A DNA stretch of 64,000 nt from an uncultured virus (IMG/VR IMGVR_UViG_3300022660_000083) (lineage: Duplodnaviria > Heunggongvirae > Uroviricota > Caudoviricetes). Shown here piece by piece: positions 36,293 to 45,028 of the stretch. Location of the stretch: the IMG/VR virus record IMGVR_UViG_3300022660_000083. One strand, given 5' to 3'. A program made the position numbers and the translations under genes. Numbering within the stretch: position 1 is the stretch's first letter; each line of letters begins with the position of its first letter. The notes below the pieces were generated by a model. It searched no databases. It saw only the letters and a program-made list of their open reading frames with translations, and was not told the origin of the DNA.

Positions 36293-37067
36293 AAAAGTAA
36301 ACCCTAGCCATCCCGACAAGGTGGCAGATAGAATCGCAGGTGCAATTGTTGACCTAGCGTATGCACAAGACGAAAATGCAAGAGTGGCAGTAGAGGTTCT
36401 CATTGGACACGGCAAATGCCACATTATTGCAGAAACTTCGACATATATCGACAAAGCAGATGTCAAAGCAGCGGTTAAACGCATCGCAGGAAATATTGAC
36501 GTTGACTATGTAGAAGTTCCTCAAGACAAGCACCTTGCAAATAACCAGGAAGGCAAAATCAGGTGTGGTGATAATGGTATCTTCAAAGGTGTGCCTTTAA
36601 CCAAAGAACAAAAGGAACTCTCAAAAATTGCTCATGATATTTACGCACGATTCACTCACGATGGCAAGTACATCTTAAACGGTGAGCGTTTGATTATTTG
36701 TCAAAGCAATGCAACCACCGATGAACTTCGTGGCTTGTATCCAAATGCCGAAATCAATCCTATCGGTGATTGGACAGGTGGTACGAATGTTGATACAGGT
36801 GCTACCAATAGAAAACTTGGTTCTGACATGGCAGACTCGGTAACGGGTGGTGGTCTTCATGGTAAGGACTTATCCAAAGCCGATGTGAGTGTTAACATCT
36901 ACGCTTTCTTAAAAGCACAGGAAACGGGCGTTGCCGTAGAACTTAGTTGTGCTATTGGTGACGAGTATATTGATAATCGTCCGTATGAAGAGATTGTAGC
37001 AATTGCAAGAGAGTTTATCTTTGACCTCGGCGGCTTTGAAAAGTTCGCAGAATGGGGCTTGGTGTAA
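36285..37067 (+). CDS. metK: Short S-adenosylmethionine synthetase-like protein
   Basis: HPDKVADRI, GDNG, DTGATNRKL, GGGLHGKDLSKAD; 260 aa, shorter than cellular MetK. Confidence 0.8.
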   Translation: MFEKVNPSHPDKVADRIAGAIVDLAYAQDENARVAVEVLIGHGKCHIIAETSTYIDKADVKAAVKRIAGNIDVDYVEVPQDKHLANNQEGKIRCGDNGIFKGVPLTKEQKELSKIAHDIYARFTHDGKYILNGERLIICQSNATTDELRGLYPNAEINPIGDWTGGTNVDTGATNRKLGSDMADSVTGGGLHGKDLSKADVSVNIYAFLKAQETGVAVELSCAIGDEYIDNRPYEEIVAIAREFIFDLGGFEKFAEWGLV

Positions 37068-37091
37068 ACAAAAGTTAGCGAGGTGATACCT

Positions 37092-37409
37092 ATGAATGAA
37101 TTAGTAATAGACGTTGGAGTCTATACACTCCTACATATCAACTTGTCGGAAATGGATTTTACGGGTATCAAGGAAGTCGTATTTACAGTTAAAAACTTTT
37201 CTTTCGTGGATGCTCCCATAGTCATTGAAAGAGTGTTCACGGAGGCAGGTTTTTATGAGGTGCTTATCACACCTGAAGAAAGCGTAATGCTAGCCAAAGG
37301 TGCGGAGTACGATTTCAATCAAATATTGACGGATGGGACTAGGCTGAAGCTCACCGACAATGGAAAAATCATATTGCGAAAAAGCGTAGGTGATGACATT
37401 GGCGGATAG
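37092..37409 (+). CDS. Hypothetical beta-rich protein, possible BppU-N-like adaptor
   Basis: Alternating beta-strand pattern, YD...DG motif; precedes fibre-like genes. Confidence 0.45.
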   Translation: MNELVIDVGVYTLLHINLSEMDFTGIKEVVFTVKNFSFVDAPIVIERVFTEAGFYEVLITPEESVMLAKGAEYDFNQILTDGTRLKLTDNGKIILRKSVGDDIGG

Positions 37410-37797
37410 TTATAACAAAAGACGAACCACACAACGCATCAACATACCACCTCCTAAAAAGATAGAGGTGGAGTGTTCGGGTACTTGCCCTGATATCACA
37501 ATCAGCCATGTGTATCATTTGGCAAAGATGCGTGAGTTCGATATTAGACTTGATACGAAAGTTCCAAAAGCGTTATCCATTCTTCCACAAGTAACAAATA
37601 ACAATGTATCAACGGTTCAAGCACGAGAAGAAGGCAGAATTTATGTTGAGGTCGGTGAGACAGCATCTTTTGCCACGCTTGAGCAGTTAAAAGGACTAAA
37701 CACTAAGACGGTGTTTGTTGATGAACTTACCGACACAAAAATACAAGGCTTGAGCAATGAAGATATTATTATGCTCAGAAAAGGAGACAAAAAATAA
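37390..37797 (+). CDS. Hypothetical protein of the fibre cassette
   Basis: ORF overlaps both neighbours; start codon uncertain. Confidence 0.6.
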   Translation: MMTLADSYNKRRTTQRINIPPPKKIEVECSGTCPDITISHVYHLAKMREFDIRLDTKVPKALSILPQVTNNNVSTVQAREEGRIYVEVGETASFATLEQLKGLNTKTVFVDELTDTKIQGLSNEDIIMLRKGDKK

Positions 37798-38717
37798 TGG
37801 CACAGAAAAGAACACAATATGTAAAGACGGCAGACGGTCTTGAAAAGCAGCTCATTGCATCGGCAGCGGATATCGTTGAGATTGATGCGATTGACGGTTT
37901 GTCTGCAACTAATGTACAGGATGCACTTGTAGCAATTAAAGACATCGCAGATAACGGTGGTGTTACGGGTGTCAAAGGTAATGCGGAAACTACCTATCGC
38001 AAGGGTGATGTTAATATTACTCCTGCGAACATCGGTCTTGGCAATGTAACAAACGATGCCCAAGTTAAAAGAAGTGAGATGGGCGTGGCAGGTGGTGTTG
38101 CTACTCTTGGTACGGATGGCAAAGTTCCTTCAACTCAGCTACCTTCGTATGTTGACGATGTTTTGGAATTTACCAACAAGGCAGCCTTCCCTGCGACAGG
38201 TGAAACGGGCAAAATCTATGTAGCAAAAGATACCAACCTTACTTATCGTTGGAGTGGTTCTAGCTATGTTGAGATTTCAGTTTCGCTTGCACTTGGTGAA
38301 ACATCTTCAACCGCTTATGCAGGTGATAAAGGTAAAGCTCTTGCTGATAGATTGACTACTGCCGAAGGAAATATCACATCTAATGATACCGATATTGCAG
38401 CCCTTCAAGGTAGAGCAACTAAACTTGAAGATGGTACTACTCCTGCAGGAAAGGCTACCAAACTTGCAACGGCTCGCAAGATTTCCCTTACGGGTGATGC
38501 AACGGGCAATACAACCTTTGATGGTTCGGCAGATAAAAGCATTGCAGTAACCCTTGCAAATACGGGAGTTACGGCAGGTACTTATTCAGCCGTAGCAGTT
38601 GATGCCAAAGGTCGAGTAACCGCAGGTAATCAAATCGTTGAATGGGGTACGAGTGGACAGACTGAACCTAGTGCAAACTTAGCTGTTGGTGGTTTATTCT
38701 TTATGCTCGTGGAATAA
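37797..38717 (+). CDS. Phage fibre-like protein
   Basis: GLGNVTN, GVATLGTDGKVPSTQLPSYVDDV, ATKLATARKISLTGD, GVTAGTYSAVAVDAKGRVTAG fibre motifs; short coiled coil. Confidence 0.75.
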   Translation: MAQKRTQYVKTADGLEKQLIASAADIVEIDAIDGLSATNVQDALVAIKDIADNGGVTGVKGNAETTYRKGDVNITPANIGLGNVTNDAQVKRSEMGVAGGVATLGTDGKVPSTQLPSYVDDVLEFTNKAAFPATGETGKIYVAKDTNLTYRWSGSSYVEISVSLALGETSSTAYAGDKGKALADRLTTAEGNITSNDTDIAALQGRATKLEDGTTPAGKATKLATARKISLTGDATGNTTFDGSADKSIAVTLANTGVTAGTYSAVAVDAKGRVTAGNQIVEWGTSGQTEPSANLAVGGLFFMLVE

Positions 38718-38727
38718 GGGGGCTTTT

Positions 38728-39297
38728 ATGTCTACTTATACACCAAAAAGGAAAACCTCGACAGGGGTTGAGGAAGTTGCCTTCCCTATAAGCTCAGTGG
38801 AGGGACTTCAAGAAAATCTTGATACCCTTCACAACAAAACGATAGCAATGCCAATGATTAGAGTTGGTAGTGTTACGGATATAAACGGAACAATGATAAT
38901 CAACGAAGATAATCCTTTGGTTATTTCTGTTGAGATTATTGATGGTAAGTTGCAAGTTGGTGATGAGGTTCAAATCTGCACAAGACAATTATTTACTTAC
39001 GATGCAGGTAGACGTCGCAAGATGCGATTACGTAAGCAGTGGTATGTACCTATTACCGAGTCAAATGTAAACGAAAGGTTTATTTTTGTATCTATAGCAG
39101 AGTCTGCAACAATGCATGGTCAAAGGCTTTTTAGAACGGATAGTGCCTCACTTAGCACCAAAACACTGTCACCGTTATATGTGCGAGTGCGAAGACCTGT
39201 ATTTAATGATGGTACAGAGGTCGATGGTTTGTTCTCTAACATTGCAACGTTGTGGAAAAGATACAACCGTGGCACAAGCGAAATTTATATTAAATAA
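38728..39297 (+). CDS. Hypothetical protein, possible distal fibre or receptor-binding subunit
   Basis: N-terminus resembles that of the upstream fibre (KTxxG[LV]E); ISSVEGLQENLD repeat-like motif. Confidence 0.55.
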   Translation: MSTYTPKRKTSTGVEEVAFPISSVEGLQENLDTLHNKTIAMPMIRVGSVTDINGTMIINEDNPLVISVEIIDGKLQVGDEVQICTRQLFTYDAGRRRKMRLRKQWYVPITESNVNERFIFVSIAESATMHGQRLFRTDSASLSTKTLSPLYVRVRRPVFNDGTEVDGLFSNIATLWKRYNRGTSEIYIK

Positions 39298-39300
39298 CTC

Positions 39301-39410
39301 TTCAAGGGGGAGCAGGCTTGATAACTCTGTCGGCGTGTCTGACGGAGTAGGTGTTAACTCGCTGCGAAAGCGGAGAGTAGGTTCTAGCGTCCCCTTTGAA
39401 TTATTTTTTT
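39301..39410 (+). ncRNA. Candidate structured element: three-way junction closed by an 11-bp stem and followed by a T-tract
   Basis: Outer stem 39301-11/39390-400, hairpins 39324-48 and 39357-78 (GAAA loop). Confidence 0.55.
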
Positions 39411-39423
39411 ACAAGGAGGCAAT

Positions 39424-40713
39424 ATGAAAACAACTACGGAAATGACACTTGTTGAAATTGGCAAGTTGATACCTTACATAAACAACGCAAGAACGCATAG
39501 CGATGAGCAAATCACAAAACTTCGTTCAAGCCTTCGTGAGTTCGGTTTTATCAACCCTGTCATTATCGACAAGGAATATAACATAATTGCAGGTCACGGA
39601 CGAGTGAAAGCGGCAAAGGCAGAAGGCATAAAAGAAGTACCTTGTGTTTTAGTCGACCACTTGACCGAGGCACAAAAGAAAGCCTACATCATAGCTGACA
39701 ACCGAATGGCACTTGATGCAGGATGGGATGAAGAAATTTTGAAAGTTGAGTTAGAGGCACTTGAGGGTGAGGCGTTTGACCTTTCTCTTACAGGCTTTGA
39801 CGAAGACGAACTTTCTGACCTTTTCAAAGAAGATGAGGCAGAAGTAGAAGACGATGACTATGACCTTTCTGCTGCACTTGAAAAAGCTGCGTTTGTAGAG
39901 CGTAGTGACAGGTGGATAGTTGGAAGGCACGTCCTTTATTGTGGTGATGCTACAAGCAAAGAAGATGTAGATGCACTTATGGACGGAAAGAAAGCGAACC
40001 TTGTGCTTACAGATCCGCCTTACGGTGTTTCTTTCAAATCGTCTAGTGGACTTACCATTAAAAATGATTCTATTAAAAACGAGGAGTTCTATCAGTTCTT
40101 GCTTGCAGCCTTTAACAATATGGTTGCTCATTGCGAAAGTGGTGCGGCAGGATATGTATTCCACGCAGATACCGAGGGGCTTAATTTTAGACAAGCATTC
40201 GTTGATGCAGGTTTCCACTTGGCAGGTTGTTGCATTTGGGTAAAAGACTCTCTTGTATTAGGTAGGTCTGATTATCAATGGCAACACGAACCTGTGCTTT
40301 ATGGATTTCTTCAAAACGGAAAACACAGGTGGTTCTCTGATAGAAAGCAGACTACCATTTGGAACTTTAAGAAGCCTAAGCGTAATGAAAACCATCCAAC
40401 AAGCAAGCCACTTGATTTGCTTTCATACCCACTCCAAAACAGTTCTCAAGAGAATGCCATTGTTGTGGATACCTTCGGTGGCAGTGGTTCAACGCTTATG
40501 GCTTGTGAGCTTTCAAATCGCATCTGTTACACGATGGAACTTGATGAAAAATACGCATCGGTTATCCTTAGACGATATGTAGAAAACACGGGTGATGCCG
40601 AGGGTGTTTATTGTATCAGGAACGGTGAGCGAGTGAACTATCTTGACGTAGTCAAGGAAGTCGAAAAAAGATGTGAAAATTCTGATAATTCTAGCTCAAA
40701 TGACTTGATATAA
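39424..40713 (+). CDS. ParB-like N-domain fused to an N4/N6 DNA methyltransferase
   Basis: NNARTH, IIAGHGR, ADNR; TDPPY, HPTSKP, DTFGGSGST. Confidence 0.92.
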   Translation: MKTTTEMTLVEIGKLIPYINNARTHSDEQITKLRSSLREFGFINPVIIDKEYNIIAGHGRVKAAKAEGIKEVPCVLVDHLTEAQKKAYIIADNRMALDAGWDEEILKVELEALEGEAFDLSLTGFDEDELSDLFKEDEAEVEDDDYDLSAALEKAAFVERSDRWIVGRHVLYCGDATSKEDVDALMDGKKANLVLTDPPYGVSFKSSSGLTIKNDSIKNEEFYQFLLAAFNNMVAHCESGAAGYVFHADTEGLNFRQAFVDAGFHLAGCCIWVKDSLVLGRSDYQWQHEPVLYGFLQNGKHRWFSDRKQTTIWNFKKPKRNENHPTSKPLDLLSYPLQNSSQENAIVVDTFGGSGSTLMACELSNRICYTMELDEKYASVILRRYVENTGDAEGVYCIRNGERVNYLDVVKEVEKRCENSDNSSSNDLI

Positions 40714-40742
40714 TTCTCTTTTTGAGCAATATATATAGTACC
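40698..40742 (+). promoter_or_regulatory. Promoter-like motif, copy 1 (shared with 61912-61956)
   Basis: AAATGACTTGATA-N13-GAG-NN-ATATATATANTACC. Confidence 0.55.
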
Positions 40743-40761
40743 CTTTAAGGAGGTACAAATT

Positions 40762-40980
40762 ATGAGCGAAAAAACAATTGCAGAGTTATGGCAGGAACTC
40801 AAAGATACCTGCGAAAAAACAAATACAAGGCTTTCTGGTATGGAGTACCTTGTTAAGAAGTATTACATGGAATCACTTGGTTGGGATGAGAAAAAAGCAC
40901 TTGAATATGCGATTAGCTTATTCCACAATGGCACAATCCAGCAAATCAAATTACTTGGCAAGGATGGTGAAGAAATATGA
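40762..40980 (+). CDS. Hypothetical protein
   Basis: RBS AAGGAGG; ATGA overlap with the next gene. Confidence 0.7.
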   Translation: MSEKTIAELWQELKDTCEKTNTRLSGMEYLVKKYYMESLGWDEKKALEYAISLFHNGTIQQIKLLGKDGEEI

Positions 40981-41360
40981 AACCTTACATACTTGAAAGT
41001 TTAAGAGAAAGATACCCCGTGGGTACAAGGGTGGAACTTATAAGAATGGACGATATTCAAGCTCCTCCAATCGGTACGAAAGGTACTGTAAAAGGGGTGG
41101 ATGATATCGGTTCAATCCTGGTTCAATGGGATAACGGTTGCACCTTGAATGTGGTGTATGGAGAGGACGAATGTAAGGTCTTAGAACCCACAAGAATATG
41201 TCCTTTCTGCAAGGAAACCTACACAGATTATCCTGCACTTTCAAGGACGGATAACAAAACCGAGATATGCCCAACTTGTGGTGTGCGAGAGGCACTTTTA
41301 CATTTCGGGGTTAAGAAAAACAAGGTTGAGGAGTTTATCACAACCTACATTAAAAAGTAA
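40977..41360 (+). CDS. DUF4314-like protein with C-terminal Zn ribbon
   Basis: YPVGTRVEL..MDD..PPIGTKGTV..VDDIG..WDNG; CPFC..ALSR.DN..ICPTC. Confidence 0.75.
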   Translation: MKPYILESLRERYPVGTRVELIRMDDIQAPPIGTKGTVKGVDDIGSILVQWDNGCTLNVVYGEDECKVLEPTRICPFCKETYTDYPALSRTDNKTEICPTCGVREALLHFGVKKNKVEEFITTYIKK

Positions 41361-41375
41361 TTAGTTAAAGCGTAT

Positions 41376-41406
41376 GAGAAAGTCGGCTAAAAGGTCGGCT
41401 TTTTCT
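41376..41406 (+). terminator. Intrinsic terminator
   Basis: AAAGTCGGCT/GGTCGGCTTT stem then T-run. Confidence 0.6.
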
Positions 41407-41432
41407 CTTGTTCAAAAATGGAGGTGGAGGAC

Positions 41433-43034
41433 TTGAGAAAGCTTAAAAAATATACGCCAACGAAGTTCAAAGCAAAAGACTCCACCTACGATAAAGCATC
41501 TGCAGATTACGCAGTAAACTTTATTGAATGTCTATGTCATACGAAAGGAACATGGGCTGGTGAGCCCTTTGAACTAATCGATTGGCAAGAACAAATTATA
41601 CGAGATATCTTTGGAACGCTAAAACCCAATGGATATCGACAATTCAATACTGCTTACATCGAAATACCAAAAAAGCAAGGTAAATCAGAACTTGCGGCAG
41701 CCGTAGCATTGCTACTTACTTGTGGTGATGGTGAGGAACGTGCCGAGGTATATGGATGTGCGGCAGATAGACAACAAGCAAGTATCGTTTTTGAGGTTGC
41801 TGCAGATATGATACGAATGTGTCCTGCACTCAATAAAAGGTGCAAGATACTAACCGCAGCTAAAAGAATTATATATTTGCCTACAAACAGTTTCTATCAG
41901 GTGTTATCAGCCGAGGCTTATTCAAAGCATGGTTTCAACATTCACGGTGTTGTCTTTGACGAGTTACACACGCAGCCAAACCGAAAACTCTTTGATGTTA
42001 TGACAAAGGGTTCAGGTGATGCTCGTATGCAACCGTTGTATTTCCTTATCACAACCGCAGGTACGGACACAAAATCTATCTGCTATGAAACGCACCAAAA
42101 AGCAAAGGATATCTTGGAAGGACGAAAGCACGATCCAACATTCTATCCCGTTATTTATGGTGCAGAAATGGACGATGATTGGACAGACCCAAAGGTGTGG
42201 AAGAAGGCGAACCCTTCTCTAGGTATTACTGTTGGAATAGATAAGGTGAAGGCGGCTTGCGAAAGTGCAAAACAAAATCCTGCCGAGGAAAATTCATTCA
42301 GACAGCTTCGTCTTAATCAATGGGTTAAGCAAGCGGTTAGGTGGATGCCGATGGAAAAGTGGGATGCGTGTTTGAAAAAGTTTACTCCTGAAGATTTGGA
42401 AGGTCGAGTTTGCTACGGTGGACTTGACCTTTCATCTACTACGGATATTACGGCTTTCGTGCTTGTATTCCCACCAACCGAAACGGACGAGCATTACTAC
42501 ATCTTACCGTACTTTTGGATACCCGAAGACAATATGAACTTGCGTGTGGATAAAGACCATGTTCCTTATGACCTTTGGGAAAGACAAGGACACATTGAAA
42601 CCACTGAAGGCAACGTTATTCACTATGGCTACATCGAGCATTTCATTGAGGAACTTGGCAAAAAGTACAACATCAAAGAAATCGCATTCGATAGATGGGG
42701 TGCGACAATGCTTGTGCAGAACCTTGAAGGGCTAGGCTTTACAGTTGTTCCTTTCGGTCAAGGGTTCAAAGATATGAGTCCACCGACAAAGGAACTAATG
42801 AACATCGTACTTGCAAAAGAAATCAGCCATAATGGACACCCTGTGCTTAGATGGATGATGGACAATGTTTGTGTAAGGGTTGACCCTGCAGGAAACATCA
42901 AGATGGACAAATCAAAGTCTACCGAAAAGATAGACGGTGCGGTTGCTACGGTAATGGCACTTGATAGAGCGATACGAAATAAAAACGGGACTTCTGAGTC
43001 GGTTTACGATTCACGAGGTCTTTTATTTATCTAG
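41433..43034 (+). CDS. terL: Terminase large subunit
   Basis: IPKKQGKSE Walker A, FDELH Walker B, ITTAG, GLDLS, KIDGAVA; TTG start after GGAGG. Confidence 0.95.
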   Translation: MRKLKKYTPTKFKAKDSTYDKASADYAVNFIECLCHTKGTWAGEPFELIDWQEQIIRDIFGTLKPNGYRQFNTAYIEIPKKQGKSELAAAVALLLTCGDGEERAEVYGCAADRQQASIVFEVAADMIRMCPALNKRCKILTAAKRIIYLPTNSFYQVLSAEAYSKHGFNIHGVVFDELHTQPNRKLFDVMTKGSGDARMQPLYFLITTAGTDTKSICYETHQKAKDILEGRKHDPTFYPVIYGAEMDDDWTDPKVWKKANPSLGITVGIDKVKAACESAKQNPAEENSFRQLRLNQWVKQAVRWMPMEKWDACLKKFTPEDLEGRVCYGGLDLSSTTDITAFVLVFPPTETDEHYYILPYFWIPEDNMNLRVDKDHVPYDLWERQGHIETTEGNVIHYGYIEHFIEELGKKYNIKEIAFDRWGATMLVQNLEGLGFTVVPFGQGFKDMSPPTKELMNIVLAKEISHNGHPVLRWMMDNVCVRVDPAGNIKMDKSKSTEKIDGAVATVMALDRAIRNKNGTSESVYDSRGLLFI

Positions 43035-43045
43035 GAGGATAAACA

Positions 43046-44362
43046 ATGGGATTTTTCAGTTCGATATTTAGGGCGAGAGATAAGCCCAAAGTAGAAAATA
43101 AGACGGTAGGTAGTGCCTATTCGTTTTATATGGGTGGCTCTTCCGCAGGTAAGAATGTAAACGAGCGTAGTGCAATGCAAATGACTGCCGTATACTCGTG
43201 TGTACGTATTCTTGCCGAGGCGGTTGCAGGGTTACCTTTACATCTCTACCGATACAAAGCAGACGGTGGAAAGGAAAAAGCAATCGACAACAACTTATAT
43301 CATCTCTTGCACGATGAACCCAACAAGGAAATGAGTTCTTTTATTTTTAGGGAAACCTTAATGACTCACTTGCTTTTGTGGGGTAACGCTTATGCTCAAA
43401 TCATAAGAAATGGCAAGGGTGAGGTTGTTGCCTTGTATCCTTTGATGCCCAACAAAATGAAAGTAGATAGAGATGAAAATGGCGAACTCTACTACGAATA
43501 CACACGAAGCACAGAAGAAGCACCTACGATGCATGGAACAACGGTTATTTTAACACCGAGAGATGTTCTTCACATCCCTGGTCTTGGCTTTGATGGACTT
43601 GTTGGTTATTCACCGATAGCAATGGCTAAAAATGCGATAGGTCTTGCAATAGCAACCGAGGAATATGGTGCTAAATTCTTTGCAAATGGTGCTGCACCTA
43701 GTGGTGTGCTTGAACATCCAGGCACAATTAAAGATCCTGCGAGGTTAAGAGAAAATTGGAACTCCACCTTTGGTGGCTCTGCCAATTCGGGTAAGGTAGC
43801 AGTTTTGGAAGAAGGTATGAAATACACACCGATTTCCATTTCACCCGAACAAGCACAGTTTCTTGAAACACGCAAATTCCAAATTAACGAAATAGCTCGA
43901 ATTTTCAGAGTTCCGCCTCATATGGTTGGTGACCTTGAGAAGTCGAGCTTTTCAAATATAGAACAGCAATCGTTGGAGTTTGTGAAATACACGCTAGATC
44001 CGTGGATTGTTCGATGGGAACAGGCACTTTCTAGGTCTTTGCTAAACGCAGATGAAAAGAAGGAGTATTTCTTTAAGTTCAACCTTGAAGGCTTACTTCG
44101 TGGAGATTACGCATCTCGTATGAGTGGTTATGCAACAGCTCGTCAAAACGGATGGATGAGTGCAAATGACATACGAGAGCTAGAAAACATGGATAGGATA
44201 CCTACCGAGCTTGGTGGAGACCTATATCTAATCAATGGCAATATGCTTCCGCTTGGCGATGCAGGAGCTTATGCAAATAAAAACAAGGAGGAAAATGCCG
44301 ATGAAGAAGTTTTGGAATTGGAAAAACCAGGACGAAACGCAAGAAAGAGTCCTAGAACTTAA
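43046..44362 (+). CDS. Portal protein (HK97 family)
   Basis: AVYSCV, LLWGNAY, GYSPI, IARIFRVPP, NIEQQ, NDIRELEN. Confidence 0.95.
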   Translation: MGFFSSIFRARDKPKVENKTVGSAYSFYMGGSSAGKNVNERSAMQMTAVYSCVRILAEAVAGLPLHLYRYKADGGKEKAIDNNLYHLLHDEPNKEMSSFIFRETLMTHLLLWGNAYAQIIRNGKGEVVALYPLMPNKMKVDRDENGELYYEYTRSTEEAPTMHGTTVILTPRDVLHIPGLGFDGLVGYSPIAMAKNAIGLAIATEEYGAKFFANGAAPSGVLEHPGTIKDPARLRENWNSTFGGSANSGKVAVLEEGMKYTPISISPEQAQFLETRKFQINEIARIFRVPPHMVGDLEKSSFSNIEQQSLEFVKYTLDPWIVRWEQALSRSLLNADEKKEYFFKFNLEGLLRGDYASRMSGYATARQNGWMSANDIRELENMDRIPTELGGDLYLINGNMLPLGDAGAYANKNKEENADEEVLELEKPGRNARKSPRT

Positions 44363-45014
44363 CGGAACGATAGCAGAGGTTTCTTGGTTTGACGATGATA
44401 TTACACCAAAGATGTTCAAAGACGAGCTTTATGCAGGAAGTGGTCCGATTACCATTTGGATAAATAGTCCTGGTGGTGACTGTATTGCTGCCTCGCAAAT
44501 CTACTCGATGCTTATGGACTACAAGGGTGATATCACAGTTAAGATTGACGGAATTGCTGCTAGTGCTGCTTCGGTTATTGCAATGGCAGGTACGAAAGTA
44601 ATCATGTCACCTACGGCTCTTTTGATGATTCATAATCCTTCAACCACATCTTCGGGTGACCACCAAGTAATGACAAAGGCAATAGAACTTTTGGAAGAGG
44701 TAAAAGAGTCTATTATCAATGCCTACGAAATTAAGACGGGTTTGTCAAGAACGGTGCTTAGTCACATGATGGATGCGGAAACATGGATGAATGCAAAAAA
44801 GGCAGTAGAGCTTGGGTTTGCTGATTCTATCTTAGAAGACGAGAAGAAAAACAAGCCTACCGATGAAGCGTTTATGTTCCAAGCACAGGTTTTTGAAAAA
44901 GAACTAATCAACAAAATTTCAGCAAAACAAACGGTAACTCTACCTACCGAACCAAAAGGTAGAAATATCTCAATGCTCAAAAACGAGCTAAACAAAATCA
45001 AAAAATATATTTAA
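44301..45014 (+). CDS. ClpP-like head maturation protease
   Basis: INSPGGD, AASAAS, MIHNP, ETWM..AVELGFAD. Confidence 0.92.
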   Translation: MKKFWNWKNQDETQERVLELNGTIAEVSWFDDDITPKMFKDELYAGSGPITIWINSPGGDCIAASQIYSMLMDYKGDITVKIDGIAASAASVIAMAGTKVIMSPTALLMIHNPSTTSSGDHQVMTKAIELLEEVKESIINAYEIKTGLSRTVLSHMMDAETWMNAKKAVELGFADSILEDEKKNKPTDEAFMFQAQVFEKELINKISAKQTVTLPTEPKGRNISMLKNELNKIKKYI

Positions 45015-45028
45015 CGGAGGAATTTAAA

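Noticed and set aside
39361..39395. Resemblance of GAGAGTAGG to the 5S rRNA loop E region
   Set aside because: Only a short match; the rest does not follow 5S sequence or helix layout
38728..39410. Diversity-generating retroelement target plus hairpin
   Set aside because: No reverse transcriptase and no template/variable repeat pair seen in the window
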